NCBI RefSeq assembly: GCF_032444005.1
Contig: NC_091287.1
Coordinates: forward strand, 504,494,001 to 504,558,000
Reading direction: 5' to 3'
Length of the DNA: 64,000 nt
Source: Ranitomeya imitator
Taxonomy: Eukaryota
Shown: positions 1 through 13,378 of the stretch, piece by piece
Numbering within the stretch: position 1 is the stretch's first letter
How the letters are laid out: each line of letters opens with the position of its first letter
Translations under genes and position numbers: made by a program
Notes under the pieces: model-generated
What the model saw: only the letters and a program-made list of their open reading frames with translations
What the model was told of the DNA's origin: nothing
Databases searched by the model: none

Positions 1-315
1 CACAAGGGATCGTAAGGCAAGACTCCATTAAAAATGGATCTGGAGTGAAGCATTCATCTGCAAGTGATCAGCCATCAGACAGGTAATACTGGCTCTTCTT
101 CCTCTCACATTTACTCACTTATCATCTTAGAGACAAAAGAGGAAAGTTTGTTACTGCTTATGTATTTTCAGCTTTCCAGCATCACTGGATATATACAACT
201 AAAAGAGGGGTGTGAAATAGGATATTATTATCCATATTATTATCCATATTATTATCCATTGGCTGCAGTGTTACTCTGAATACCTTAGTAACATTTACTG
301 TATTATATCAGATTC

Positions 316-1320
316 CTTTCCTCCATCCTTGTCTCCCTCTTCTTTTTCCTTTCTTCTTTGCATCCTATTGTATTTCTTTCCTTCCGTCTACCCTTTTCCC
401 TACTCTGTCTCACTTCATCTCTTCCTTCTCCTCGTAGTTTTCCTTCCTTCCTTCCTTCCTACTCTCTGTCCTTCCTTGCTTTCATCCTTCTTCTCCCTGC
501 CTCATTCACTTTCCTCTTTCATCCTTACCCCTTCCTTCCCTCCATCTTTTCCTTCCTTCCTTCCTTCCTTCCTTCCTTCCTTCCTTCCTTCCTTCCTTCC
601 TTCCATCCTTCCTTCTCTCTGTCCTTTCTTCCTTCTTCTCCCTGCCTCATTCACTTTCCTCTTTCATCCTTACCCCTTCCTTCCCTCCATCTTTTCCTTC
701 CTTCCTTCCTTCCTTCCTTCCTTCCTTCCTTCCTTCCTTCCTTCCTTCCTTCCATCCTTCCTTCTCTCTGTCCTTTCTTCCTTCTTCTCCCTGCCTCATT
801 CACTTTCCTCTTTCATCCTTACCCCTTCCTTCCCTCCATCTTTTCCTTCCTTCCTTCCTTCCTTCCTTCCATCCTTCCTTCTCTCTGTCCTTTCTTCCTT
901 CTTCTCCCTGCTTCACTCACTTTCCTTTTTCATCCTTACCCCTTCCTTCCCTCAAACTCTTCCTTTCCTCCATCTTTTGCTTCCTTCCTTCCTTTCTTCC
1001 CTCTTCCCTTCCTTTCTTACTTACTCCCTTTCTTCCTCTCCCTGCCTCACTCACTTTCCTCTTTTATCCTTATCTATTCCTTCCCTCCATCTTTTCATTC
1101 CTTTTTTCCTTCTCACATTTCCTATCATTCTTTCCTCAATTCTTTTCTTACCCATTTTCCTAACCTTTTTAAAAAAATTTCTTTTCCATTATTTTTTTTT
1201 TATTTCCTTCATTCCTTACATCCTTCTTTCCCTACTTCCTTTCTTCCTTTTTCATTCTCCCTTCACTCCCTACTTTCTTCGCATCCTTGCCTTCTTTTAT
1301 TATACCTTCCCTCCTTTACA
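316..1320. repeat. Polypyrimidine (TTCC)n low-complexity tract with internal duplicated blocks
   Basis: Almost purine-free top strand; pure TTCC runs alternate with a recurring block cttctccctgcctcattcactttcctctttcatccttacccc (near 490, 635, 785, 900, 1035). Confidence 0.95.
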
Positions 1321-1799
1321 TTATTAGAACACACAGAAATTATGAGATGCATCAGAATAAATGATGACTTGGAGGAGATCACAATCCGTATTCAGCGGAT
1401 TAGCTACAACCCCAGTATTACATAGGGGCATCCACATCGTGGTGCATTGGCTTGTTGGGGGCAGCATTTCCAAACATTTTCTTTTTAATTGCAGCCATTG
1501 ATCAGAGCTTCCATTACCTGAAATACCTGATTGACACTTGCATTTCCATTATTATAGTTTTTTTTCGCATTCATTATAATAGCTAGAATCCATGGTTAGA
1601 ACATAGCATTCAGCTAATCTTTTGACATTTGGAAGATCAGCCTGTGCTCAATAGCTAATTAATGGCTTGAGTCTGCATAATAAAATGTCGATATATACCG
1701 TTTGTTGCTGTGTAAACCTGTTTTTATAATTACGGTTGGAAATTCTGTGTTGGATATAAACTTACTTCAACGTGTAATGAAGTAGTGAGTATTCTAAGG

Positions 1800-4500
1800 T
1801 TCTCTGGTGCTACGAAATTCATGGGGATCTCTGGGACTATGGAATTCATGGGGATCTCTGGGACTATGGAATTCATGGGGATCTCTGGGAATAAGGAATT
1901 CATGGGGTTCTCTGGGAATACTCAATTCATGGTGTTCTCTGTGACTATGGAATTCATGAGGTTCTCTGGGACTATGGAAAACATGGGATTCTCTGGGACT
2001 ATGGAATTCATGGGGTTTTCTGGGATTATGGAATTCATGGAGTTCTCTGGGAATATGGAATTTATGGGGATCTCTGGGAATACGGAATTCATGGGGACCT
2101 CTACAACTATGGAATTCATGGGATTCTCTGGGAATACAGAATTCATGGGATTCTCTGGGAATACAGATTTCATGGGGTTCGCTAGAACTATGGAATTCAT
2201 GGGGTTCTCTGGAACTATGGAATTCATGGGGTTCTCTGGAATAATGGAATTCATGGGGTTCTCTGGAACTATGGAATTCATTGGGTTCTCTGGGATTATG
2301 GAATTCATGGGGTTTTTGAGTCTATGGAATTCACAGGGTTCTGTGGAACTATGGAATTCATGAGGTTCTCTGGGACTATGGAATTCATGGGGACCTCTGC
2401 GACTATGGAATTCATGGGATTCTTTGGGAATACGGAATTCATGGGGTTCTCTGGGACTATGGAATTCATGGGGTTCTCTGGGACTATGGAATTCATGGGG
2501 ACCTCTGCGACTATGGAATTCATGGGATTCTTTGGGAATACGGAATTCATGGGGTTCTCTGGGACTATGGAATTCATGGGGTTCTCTGGGACTATGGAAT
2601 TCATGGGGTTCTCTGGGACTATGGAATTCATGGGGTTCTATTGGTCTATGGAATTCATGGGGTTCTCTGTGACTATGGAATTCATGAGGTTCTCTGGGAC
2701 TATGGAAAACATGGGGTTCTCTGGGACTATGGAATTCATGAGGTTCTCTGGGACTATGGAACATGGGGTTCTCTGGGACTATGGAATTCATGGGGTTCTG
2801 TGGAACTATGGAATTCATGAGGTTCTCTGGGACTATGGAATGCATGGGGATCTATGGGAATACGGAATTCATGGGGTTCTCTGGGACTATGGAATTCATG
2901 GGGTTCTGTGGAACTATGGAATTCATGAGGTTCTCTGGGACTATGGAATTCATGGAGTTCTCTGGGTCTATGGAATTCATGGGGTTCTCTGGGACTATGG
3001 AATTCATGGGGATCTCTGGGAATATGGAATTCATGGGGTTCTCTGGGTCTATGGAATTCATGGGGTTCTCTGGGACTATGGAATTCATGGGGATCTCTGG
3101 GAATAAGGAATTCATGGGGTTCTCTGGGAATACTTAATTCATGGTGTTCTCTGTGACTATAGAATTCATGAGGTTCTCTGGGACTATGGAAAACATGGGA
3201 TTCTCTGGGACTATGGAATTCATGGGGTTCTCTGGGATTATGGAATTCATGGAGTTCTCTGGGACTATGGAATTCATGGGGATCTCTGGGAATACGGAAT
3301 TCATGGGGACCTCTACGACTATGGAATTCATGGGATTCTCTGGGAATACAGAATTCATGTGATTCTCTGGTAATACAGAATTCATGGGGTTCGCTGGAAC
3401 TATGGAATTTATGGGGTTCTCTGGAACTATGGAATTCATGGGGTTCTCTGGAATAATGGAATTCATGGGGTTCTCTGGAACTATGGAATTCATTGGGTTC
3501 TCTGGGATTATGGAATTCATGGGGTTTTTGAGTCTATGGAATTCACAGGGTTCTGTGGAACTATGGAATTCATGAGGTTCTCTGGGACTATGGAATTCAT
3601 GGGGACCTCTGCGACTATGGAATTCATGGGGTTCTCTGGGACTATGGAATTCATGAGGTTCTCTGGGACTATGGAATTCATGGGGTTCTCTGGGACTATG
3701 GAATTCATGGGGTTCTCTGGGACTATGGAATTCATGGGGTTCTCTGGGTCTATGGAATTCATGGGGATCTCTGGGAATATGGAATTCATGGGGTTCTCTG
3801 GGAATACTCAATTCATGGTGTTCTCTGTGACTATGGAATTCATGAGGTTCTCTGGGACTATGGAAAACATGGGGTTCTCTGGGACTATGGAATTCATGTG
3901 GACCTCTACGACTATGGAATTCATGGGATTCTCTGGGAATACGGATTTCAGGGGGTTCTCTGGAACTATGGAATTCATGGGGTTCTCTGGGACTATGGAA
4001 TTCATGGGGTTCTCTGCGACTATGGAATTCATGGGGTTCTCTGGGACTATGGAATTCATGAGGTTCTCTGGGACTATGGAATTCATGGGAGCTCTACAAC
4101 TATAGGGATTCTCTGGGAATACAGAATTCATGGGGTTCTCTAGGAATACAAAATTCATAAGGTTCTCTGGAATAATGGAATTCATGGGGTTTTCTGGAAT
4201 AATGGAATTCATGGGGTTCGCTGGAACTATGGAATTCATGGGACTCTCTGAAACTATGGAATTCATTAGGTTCTTTGAGTCTATGGAATTCACGGGGTTC
4301 TCTGGAACTATGGGGTTCTCTGGGACTATGGAATTTATGGGGTTCTTTGAGTCTATGGAATTCACGGGGTTCTCTGGGACTATAGAATTTATGGGGTTCT
4401 CTGAGACTATGGAATTCATGGGGTTCTCTGGGACTATGGAATTCATGGGGACCTCTGTGACTATGGAATTTGTGGGGTTCTCTGAGATGTCTGGATTCAT
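1800..4500. repeat. 27-bp minisatellite (GGAATTCATGGGGTTCTCTGGGACTAT)n
   Basis: About 100 diverged tandem copies, each with an EcoRI site; explains the MEFMGFSGT / NSIVPENPM pseudo-ORFs. Confidence 0.98.
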
Positions 4501-5438
4501 GGCTTATCCTTATTATAGGTCATCATTTTTAGATCAGTGGGGGGTCTGACTCTCAGTACTCCAAGAGTCACTCAGTTCCCTTTAAATATGAAAGGGTATA
4601 AAGTGTCCTAAAATGCTTATGATTCATTTTAATAGACCATACTATATTACAATGTCTTGGAACGTTCTCATCGTCACTTTTCTCCTATGAATATTTTGAA
4701 GGAACACCACAGTACGTCTTTCTGGAATCAGCATGAGATCATGGTGGTTTATTACAATACCACATGGACAATTAAAGAATGGTTCTGGAGGAATCTGGGT
4801 CCCATTGGTGAAATTGGAGACTTCCTTTAATTTCTTTTGCCAAGGGGCCTCCACCGGCCTTAATTCACCTCCGAAGACAGAGCATTGGCAAAAGATGTTG
4901 ACTCATTAAAAAAACCGCAAGGGCGGCGAGAAGTTGGCACCTCATTTTATCACAATTCGGGCATTAAGAGCACGGCACCTCATTAGAATACAGCCTGAGC
5001 AATTTTCTCAATTCTTCACCTCCAAACTACAAAGCTACGGAGGAAAGTTAATGATGAAACATTTGTAGAATAACTCCGCTGCGGCTTGGTGAGGAAACAC
5101 AAAGCTCTCCTCCTCTTTAATTATGCAGCTTCACAATGAGCGGCCGCACAATGCCGCCCGAATGAATTTTTTTGCTCAACATTTGCTGTGAAATAGAATT
5201 TTCAGCACGACTATTTTAATGGTTTCCGCTGATGGCAACAGTCTGTTTGTCTTCTCGGCGGATAATGACATTTTCACATGTTTCTTTCCTCCTCCACATG
5301 AGGAGATGTGCCGGAGAGAAGTGATTGAGAGACATGTCTCGCTATATTAGATAAATGCTCGCTACTGGTGCCACCTCTCAGCTTTCACATAGTCACTTGC
5401 CGCACCAGTCTAAGACTCTGTATACTTTCTTCCTAACC

Positions 5439-6096
5439 TTAAAGGGACACTGTCACCCCCTCCAGCCGTTATAAACTAAAAGAGCCACCTTGTGCTGCAG
5501 TAATGCTGCATTCTAACAAGGTGGCTCTTTTAGTTTTTGGTGCCGTTATTGCCAAAATAAAGCGTTTTATAATTTTGCCAAAATACCTTTCTTTAGACCT
5601 GGAGGCAGGTCTTAACCCCCCTGCTGGAAACGCCACACTGCCGTCACTCATATCTTCTGGGGTATCGGGCACCGCCCCCTCCGCGCTGTTTTCCCATGAA
5701 ATCCGGCGCCTGCGCTGTTTAGTACTGGCTGGGGCAGGCGCAGTGAGCTCTGGCCGTCTGACCTCACATGCAAGACACCTGCAAGAGCTCACTGCGCCTG
5801 CCCCAGCCAGTACTAAACAGCGCAGGCGCCGGATTTCATGGGAAAACAGCGCGGAGGGGGCGGCGCCCGGCGCCCCAGAAGATATGAGTGACAGCAGTGT
5901 GGCGTTTCCAGCAGGGGGGTTAAGACCTGCCTCCCTGTCTAAAGAAAGGTATTTTGTAAAAGTTATAAAACGCTTTATTTTGGCAATAACGGCACCAAAA
6001 ACTAAGAGAGCCACCTTGTTAGAATGCAGCATTACTGCAGCACAAGGTGGCTCTTTTAGTTTATAACGGCTGGAGGGGGTGACAGTGTCCCTTTAA
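5439..6096. mobile_element. Fold-back T2/Kolobok-type MITE
   Basis: TTAA at 5439-5442 and 6093-6096; termini AGGGACACTGTCA...TGACAGTGTCCCT; arms ~300 bp and near-perfectly inverted. TTAA TSD with AGG termini is the amphibian T2-MITE signature. Confidence 0.85.
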
Positions 6097-6947
6097 ATAA
6101 GTGAATGGGAGCCACTCAGCGTTCATTAGGTAAGACAACGAATAAAAGGGGATTTCATGCTATTGCCTTCACGAACGTTTAGGCTGCGGTCACACAATCG
6201 TGTATACCCTCCTTTGAGAGAATCTCGTTGATTATGCAAATCACACTCTGATCAGGGTGCGATCCAATTTTCTCTCATGAGGAGAAGATGGAGAAAAGCA
6301 AAATTCTCATTCTTCTTCGTTCTAATAGTCTGTGGAAATCAGACTGCACTCAGATGTCATGCGATTGCAGTAATTTAGTTGCACAGTCAAGTGCGATCCA
6401 ATAATCGGGTCAAACTCGGGCATTCTGCAATCAAGCAAGTTCCTGGCACCATAAAACAACATTGGTCCTCTCAATGAAGGAAAGATGAGTAAGAAAAGAT
6501 GACTCTGCACTGTTACTTTATGGCAAATTAAAATGGCTGCTCTTTGATCTGTCTTCAGGAGTGCACTGCTCCCCTACCTCACGGCTTCCTGTTTGCCCTG
6601 GAGCACTGTGCTTCTGATTGATGGACAGTTTGGACTTGTTGCACCATTGTGTTCTCTCTGAGGCAGCATCGGAGTATCAGTGATCTGGCCATCTTCTGAG
6701 CAGCGTTATGAACTCTGTAGAGAAGAGCTTGGAAATGCTGCACTCTTTGCCTAGGAAACCAGCCACTCTGATAGACTGCATAAGTGGGCGGTAATCCAGG
6801 CAAAGATCAGTAACCAATAGGGTTGCAAATCCCTTCTTTCTTGAGAATGGTGTGGATTTTTAATAAGGCATAAATTGCAAAGTTGTTTTATTTTACAAAT
6901 AATTTGTTTTAAAAGGGTAAAAAAAAACCCACAATGAGAATAATCCT

Positions 6948-7302
6948 TTAAGAGTGTTGTCCGGCCTTAGGGTAAAAGTCTGTGACTGCAAACTTGTAAA
7001 TCCTCACACCGTGCGCACAGCAGGCTGTGAGGATTCTACTGTGCTGGCACCAGAAGTAGCGGGCTCGTGACCGCAAGAATGTCGTTTACATACATTCTGT
7101 CACCTGCCGACTAGATGTGCCAATGCAAGAGTATCGAGCCGGGGCAGACACGTCTAGTCAGAATGTGGCCAGAAGTGTATAAATCTGCAGGGGCACCAGA
7201 GAATCCTCACAGTACCCGGAGAGCACGACGTGAGGACTCACAAGCCTGCAGTTACCCAGAGTAGCTGTAAACTTCTTCCCTAACGCTGGACAACCCCTTT
7301 AA
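6948..7302. mobile_element. Degenerate T2/Kolobok-type MITE
   Basis: ttaagagtgttgtcc ... ggacaacccctttaa; internal inverted motifs aatcctcacac / gtgaggattct. Confidence 0.65.
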
Positions 7303-8110
7303 TACTTGAGACATTCATAATATACCGGCCCATGAACTGGAAAACTCACTAATTCCTAATGCATGAAAATACAACTCTGCTAGTGATCTGATGTGCTGTC
7401 TATTATGGGAGCCATGGGACGTATTTCAGGCCTCCACAATATTTTGGGATGACCACCGTTTACCATTGGAAAGCCTAATCAATCTTTGTAATGACTCAAT
7501 TTCTGTAATATTGCTGCCACCACCTGTACGCTAAGCACCATATCGGCCGTCTAGTGTTCTTGCACTAAACTCTGTGCTGTCCTTATTTTTTTTGCTTTGG
7601 CCTCATTTTCTGGCCTGTTCATTCCGGTAGAAGGCGATATTTTTCCGCTCATCCTTGTCTCTGCAGCACATGTGTATCAGTAACAAGTGTAAATGTCACC
7701 CAGCCATCGACTTCATCTAGTAATTGTATGTCAGCTAATCCACACCTCACAGAAAGGTCACTGTCATCAATTAATAACGCCGGGGAGGGGGGGGGAACAA
7801 AAGTTTCTATATGTCGTTCCTTCCTATGGAATTCCTTAGGCAGTGGGGTGTAAAACTGTGTGGAAGGAACGAAGGGGAACTGTTTTCTTAAGGGGCAAGA
7901 TAGTCTGTTAATTTTATTAGAATCCATGCTTTTGTAATACAAATCAATATATTGGCAGCTTGTGATGCAGCAGACTGGCATTGAGTTCTCTAAAAATGAC
8001 ACCCAAATCTTCTCAATGGTAGACTAAATATTGAATATAGAACCTTATTCTTCTAAAGAGTGAACAGATTTGCATTTTTTTTCTTCCCATTTGGCCATTG
8101 TGTAGTCACA

Positions 8111-8757
8111 TACAGCGGATGTAAGAATTCTACACATCTCTGTTAAAATATCAGGTTTTTGTCATGCAAAACAATCACATCAAGAAGAACCATTTCAGAA
8201 CTTTCCACCTTTATTGTCTCCCATAACCTGCACAGATCCATCGAGAAACACACTGATATAATTTTGAGGGGGGAATAAAAATACCACACATTGTTTCAGA
8301 AGTGTGAACACCCTCTTATAGTTTCAGATGTGGGTGTGTTCAGAATTAGCCATTCACATTTGAACTCCTAGTAAAAATTAGTCAGTACACAGCTACCACC
8401 ATGGCTATTCTAGTAGGATTTTCCTGACTTTCTCTTAGTTGTATTTTAGAGCTAAAGTTAAGGTCCATAAACAGCTTACAACACAGCAAAGGGAACTCCA
8501 TTGTTGAAAGTTATCAGTCAGGAGAAAGGTTCAAAAATTTTCCAAGGCATTAGATATACCAGGAACATTGTGCAGATGATCATCAATAAGTGACTGAAAT
8601 TTAGCTCAACAGTGCCATTACATTAAACTGAATGTCGCTCAAAAATTGATGAAAAGACAAGAAGAAAATTGATCCACGAGGGTGGGAAAAGGCCTACAAC
8701 AACATTAAAGGAGCTGCATGAATATCTGACTAGTACTAGTTGTGTACTGCACATGAC
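8111..8757 (+). mobile_element. Tc1/mariner left end and decayed transposase N-terminus
   Basis: TA-CAGCGGATGTAAG terminus, inner repeat aagtgtgaacaccc, and decayed coding remnant resembling KLIREAAKRPTATLKELQEYL (ORF 8669). Confidence 0.75.
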
Positions 8758-9133
8758 CGGAAGTTCTGAAGTAAAGATGGCTTCCGGTCATGCACAGTAC
8801 TTATCTGAAGCCGGGTATCCTACACTTGGCTTTCCAGACATATTGTCCCTGTCGAAATGAGCGGCCCTCACGCAAGATTTGCGTGAGCTGGCAATGAGGC
8901 AGGCTCATGCAAATTGTTATCACATCAATAGGGGCGTGATAATATAGAAACAGGTATGTCTAGTTTGGGGAAACTGAAGTCACATCAACTAGTCAAAGCC
9001 CTCATTAGCATAGGGAACGGGGACCTTCTACTGAAATACATAATACAGGGCTGGTTAGGGAGGGAGTTTAATCATACATAGGTGAATGATGCTGGGTTGG
9101 TGGGTATGGGGGACCTGACAGGTTCCCTTTAAT
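8757..9133. mobile_element. T2/Kolobok-type MITE fragment (right end only)
   Basis: Ends ctgacaggttccctttaa; left end not found; abuts the Tc1 remnant. Confidence 0.5.
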
Positions 9134-9344
9134 TCCATCTCCTATCTGTATAGGTCGTGTAAAATGATTATAGGGTCTCCGTGTGGGATTAACTTGGACG
9201 CAGGTTTAAACATGTGGCTCAACACAAAGATATGTGTAAGACAATTAACTTAAAGGATTTATGAACCAAACATGTGCCAAACAGATCTGTCTTCAGATCG
9301 CCTTTCTTCCGTCTTAATCAGACCCTTTGCTCCTTCAGACGACA

Positions 9345-10070
9345 ATTGTCAATTCACCCACTTGGCTTTTTACCTATTTTTCCATTACAACCTGTGTTTC
9401 AGTATTTTCATAATCTGATTTGTGTGTGTTGCATCAACACTAAATAGTCTAAGTTAGTGAAGTGAGAAAAATATAGGCAAAAATTAAATTTCTGGGATAA
9501 CATAAATAAAAAATGCCTTGTGCATATGTATTCACCCCATTTGCTTTGAAGTCCCTAAACATTTATGGTACAGGCAATTCCCTTCATAAGTCCCATTCTT
9601 AGTGACAGCACGTCCCCCTGTGTGCAATCTAAGTGTCCCATGGTCTGTCAGTGTATACACTTTACCTTTTCTGAAAGGCCACAGAGGCTGCAACACCATT
9701 AACAAGAGTCATCACTGACCAAACACCATGAAGACCAAGGAGATCTCCAAACAAGTCAGGGACGAAGTTGTTGAGAAGTACAAATCCGGGTTGGGTGAGC
9801 ACCATCAAATCCATTATCATCATGCTGTGGGAATGTTTTTTGGCAGCAGAAACAGGGAAAATGGTCCAAGTCGCGGGGAACATGGATGGTGCAAAACATG
9901 GGTATATTCTTGAGCAGTACCTGTTTCAGTCTGTCAGTGATTTGATACTGGGACGGAGGTTCTCCTTCCAAGAAGACAATGGCCCAAAGCATACTGCTAA
10001 AGCAACATTCGAGTGGTTTAAGGTGAAACATGTAAATGTTTTGTAGAGGCCTAGTCAAAACCCAGACCTA
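9345..10070 (+). mobile_element. Internally deleted Tc1 transposon remnant
   Basis: MKTKEISKQVRDEVVEKYKSGLG at 9728 (Tc1 N-terminus) joined by deletion to FQEDNGPKHTAKATFEWFKVKHVNVL (second catalytic Asp region of the DD34E domain). Confidence 0.9.
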
Positions 10071-11219
10071 AAACTAGGGGTGGGGAACCGTTTTTCATCC
10101 AAGGGCCAGTTGGTTATTTATACCATCACTTGGGGCTGTACAAAATTCTGAACTTAAAAATTACCCTACTATATTTGGTCAAATATTTAATTAACTCACC
10201 CCTAATGTGACGGGTGGAACTACTTCTGGTTGATTTGGCTGTGATGTTAGGTGGTATGGATGATGTTCCTACTCATTACTGCTTTTCCAGGATTGCGCCG
10301 AAGCACAGGATAATCTTTGCGATGAAAAGTTTCGTAAAGAACTTGCAGCAGTAACTCGTACCAAACAAGTGGGAAATTTATCACTACTCATGTAACATGT
10401 ATAAAACTCAAGCAGTGAGAGATCTGCAGTATACTGTGAGATAGCGCTACCTGAGTGGGTTGGGGGACACTTGCTTGGCAACGGGTTTAAAGCACTCAGG
10501 CGCGGTTTCTCACAAAAAAAAGAGTCTATCCGATTTATTTAGACTCATAAACCTCGTCACAAACAGTTCACTATATACATCAACGGAACACATTAACTAC
10601 CGACAGTCTGATCCAATGGCAGATACTTCTCTGCCCGTAACCCCCTTTATCTGGAGTTACCTTACAGGAGCTCCTGGTCCACACACTGACTCCTGTAGCT
10701 TCCCCAACACAGTAGCCATCCCAGGCTCTGCAGATACGGCCTCTCCATGCGCTATTCAGGAAGTCCAGTCCCAGGCACTTCCAACACACAGGCCATCAGT
10801 CCATGGTCTCACCATGTGCTTCCAGGAATCCAGTCCACTCCAGGACATTCCAACACACAGGCCATACACTCTGAACACTCAGGTCCATACACTCTGAACA
10901 TGTGACCCAAACCCTGGTCACATTATGTAGCTGTAACCACCCCCATAGGTGGGAGATGTGTGGTTAGTCAGACCCGCCCAGCTCTCCAACTAACCCTGCA
11001 AGCCTCCCTTTTAAACAGTGCAAATACTTGTGGGACTACAGGTCCCAGAACAACAACATTACTGGCTTACAGCGCGGACTCCCTCTGCGACACATATCGG
11101 CCATTTACAATCATTACGGACACTGTTTCATTATCATCAGTACAGATACGCCTCCATGCGTATCCTGAGGAGCACATACAGCGCCCCCTGGCTGTAACAT
11201 GGGTCACTGCTTCACAATG

Positions 11220-11790
11220 CATAACATAGGAGACACCGAGACTGCTGTACCTACATCACATAGGAGACACAAAGACTGCTGTGTATCTACAATATAGGAG
11301 ACCCTGAGACTATTGTATACACATTGCACAGGAGACACTGAGACTGCAGTATATACATCACAGTGCAGACTCCGAGACTACTGTATAAACGTCACATAGT
11401 TGATAGAGACAAAGCTGTATACATTACATAGGAGACACTAATACTGCTGCTTATACAACACATAGGCGACACCGATACTACTGTGCATAAATCACATAGG
11501 AAACACTGAGAATGCTGTATACATCACACAGGAGACACTGGGGCTAGAGTATGTACATCATGTAGGATACATTGGAGCTGGAGTATATACATCACAGGAG
11601 ATATGGGGGATGCAGTATATATATCACATGAGGCTTGGGACTAGGAAAAATACACAGAAGCCATGGGGCTGCGGTATATAGATCACAGGAAACATGGAGC
11701 TTCGGTATATAGAACAAAAGATACATGGGGCTAGAGCATATACATCACAGGAGGAGACATGGGCTGCAGATTATACATCACAGGTGCAAC
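11220..11790. repeat. Degenerate ~34-35-bp tandem repeat
   Basis: Recurring catcacataggagacaccgagactgctgtata-like unit. Confidence 0.8.
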
Positions 11791-12296
11791 ACGGAAGCTG
11801 CCACTTTGGTCTTCTGTGGAACAGGAGCGCATCAAGCTAATTCCACCCACGAAGTACATTTTTATGCTGGCACTGGATATGATGTAATCTTTAATTGTAC
11901 ATGCTGCAGCATTCAGTACTGTGATCGCTCTCACAGAGCAAGAAGAAATTCAAGGGCCAGCTGCCGTCAAAATGAACCTGCTGACCAAAAATACTGCAGT
12001 TCCTGGGAGGCTTGCCTCCCACTCCCATTTTTTTCTAGCATTTTATGTTTGTTAAAAACATCATGTAAACTGTCTGATATATATTTTTAATGTTAAATGC
12101 ATTTTTAAGGGGTATTTAGGCATCCAAATTGTTATTTTTTATGCAAGTAATGAATATTAGTACCTACATTATCAAGGCTAAGTTCACACAACCATATAAA
12201 AAAAACTTTTATGATTTTCATCCAGAAAAGAGGGATGATATTTCAACTACCGGTATATTGTCATTTGTATGGCATCCGGTTTTATATATCAGCCAT

Positions 12297-12610
12297 ATAA
12301 GGGGTTGTCCAGGATTACGGTATTTATCGCTTCTGCTGGCGATTCAGCTTCTCCCCGTCGACAGAACAGCTCTTCTGATTGACACCCGGCTTGTAGGAGT
12401 TATGCAGCAGTGAGCCGGTTGTCGTCGGCAGTCCCGTCCCGTCAACAGAGTAGAATGGAACAGAAACCGCTGCTCAGTCGATGTGATGTCAGCGGAAGCC
12501 ACGGATTCACCTGTGACTGCAGATATGCCGGCACAACAGGCAGGTAGTTGCTTGTGAGTTCCTAGGCCTACACAACAAAAAAAAAAATAGTCCTGGATAT
12601 TTCCATTTAA
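12297..12610. mobile_element. Degenerate T2/Kolobok-type MITE
   Basis: taaggggttgtccagga ... tcctggatatttccatttaa termini. Confidence 0.5.
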
Positions 12611-12903
12611 TAAAATGTAAAATTGTCCAAAACAATCCATTTCCTATATTAACCCTTTCACGACATCCGCCATATCTGCATGGCGCAAGTTGGATGCGGC
12701 TGGTTCCTGGGTTAAGCTCGCGCCATACTACCAGGCAGGTCAGGGCTGTGTGCTGCAGTCAGGACCTGCTTCTAACAATTGCGGGTGGAGCGTAGCTCTA
12801 AATTGTTAACCAGTTAAATGCTGCTGTCAATCGATCGCTGGTCGCCACGACAGCGAGGGGTCTTATTGAAGACTACTGTGCTTGTCATTCAGGACCTCTT
12901 TTG

Positions 12904-13378
12904 TAAATAGTCTCTTCAGAGATGAAAAGGACTAGAACTCTAGTGCCACATATTGGAAGTAGCAATCCTAACAGTCAATGTCGACCCTTTAACGAGCCTT
13001 GTCACATGACTTAGGATAAAAGCCAAACCAGAATCTCAATCTGCAGACACTGTGTTTTGGGGTACTGCCTCTCGTCAGTGCAAAGTGGAGATCTGGTTTG
13101 GCTGTGTGAGAGGCGTCTGACCGGGATCCAAGAAGTAGCGTTTCTCCTTGCGGTGAGTGACATTGGCTTTTATCCTAAGTCATGTGACAAGGCTCGTTAA
13201 AGGGTCGACATTGACTGTTAGGATTGCTACTTCCAGTAGGTGGCACTAGAGTTCTAGTCCTCTTACTCTCTGAAGAGACAATTTGCATATTTCCCAGAGG
13301 AGCATTGCGGCTTTGTCTCCTCATCTCGACATGCTTATCATGTGACTCTCCGCAAGGAGGAACGATATTTCTTGGATC
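12904..13378. mobile_element. Penelope-like retroelement fragment with inverted structure, nested in the piggyBac-like element
   Basis: Flanked by 14-bp direct repeat CAGGACCTCTTTTG (12890-12903, 13379-13392); inverted arms 12910-13027 / 13162-13279; contains a hammerhead motif. Confidence 0.75.
13040..13084 (-). ncRNA. Decayed minimal type I hammerhead ribozyme
   Basis: Minus strand UUUGCA-CUGACGA-GAGG-CAGUA-CCCC-AAAA-CACAGUGUC^UGCAGA: 6-bp stem I, canonical CUGANGA, palindromic stem III; GAAA reads AAAA. Confidence 0.8.

Noticed and set aside
329-1425. 332- and 355-aa hydrophobic ORFs
   Set aside because: A purine-poor TTCC tract cannot easily form stop codons.
1785-4549. Long ORFs MEFMGFSGT / NSIVPENPM on both strands
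   Set aside because: Translation of a 27-bp (multiple of 3) minisatellite; open in several frames and both strands, no splice or promoter context.
4642-4854. 70-aa minus-strand ORF and coding-looking plus frame
   Set aside because: No recognisable homology or convincing splice sites; no RIM2-alpha zinc-finger exon found anywhere in the window.
5469-6066. Twin 187-aa ORFs on opposite strands
   Set aside because: Mirror images produced by the palindromic MITE.
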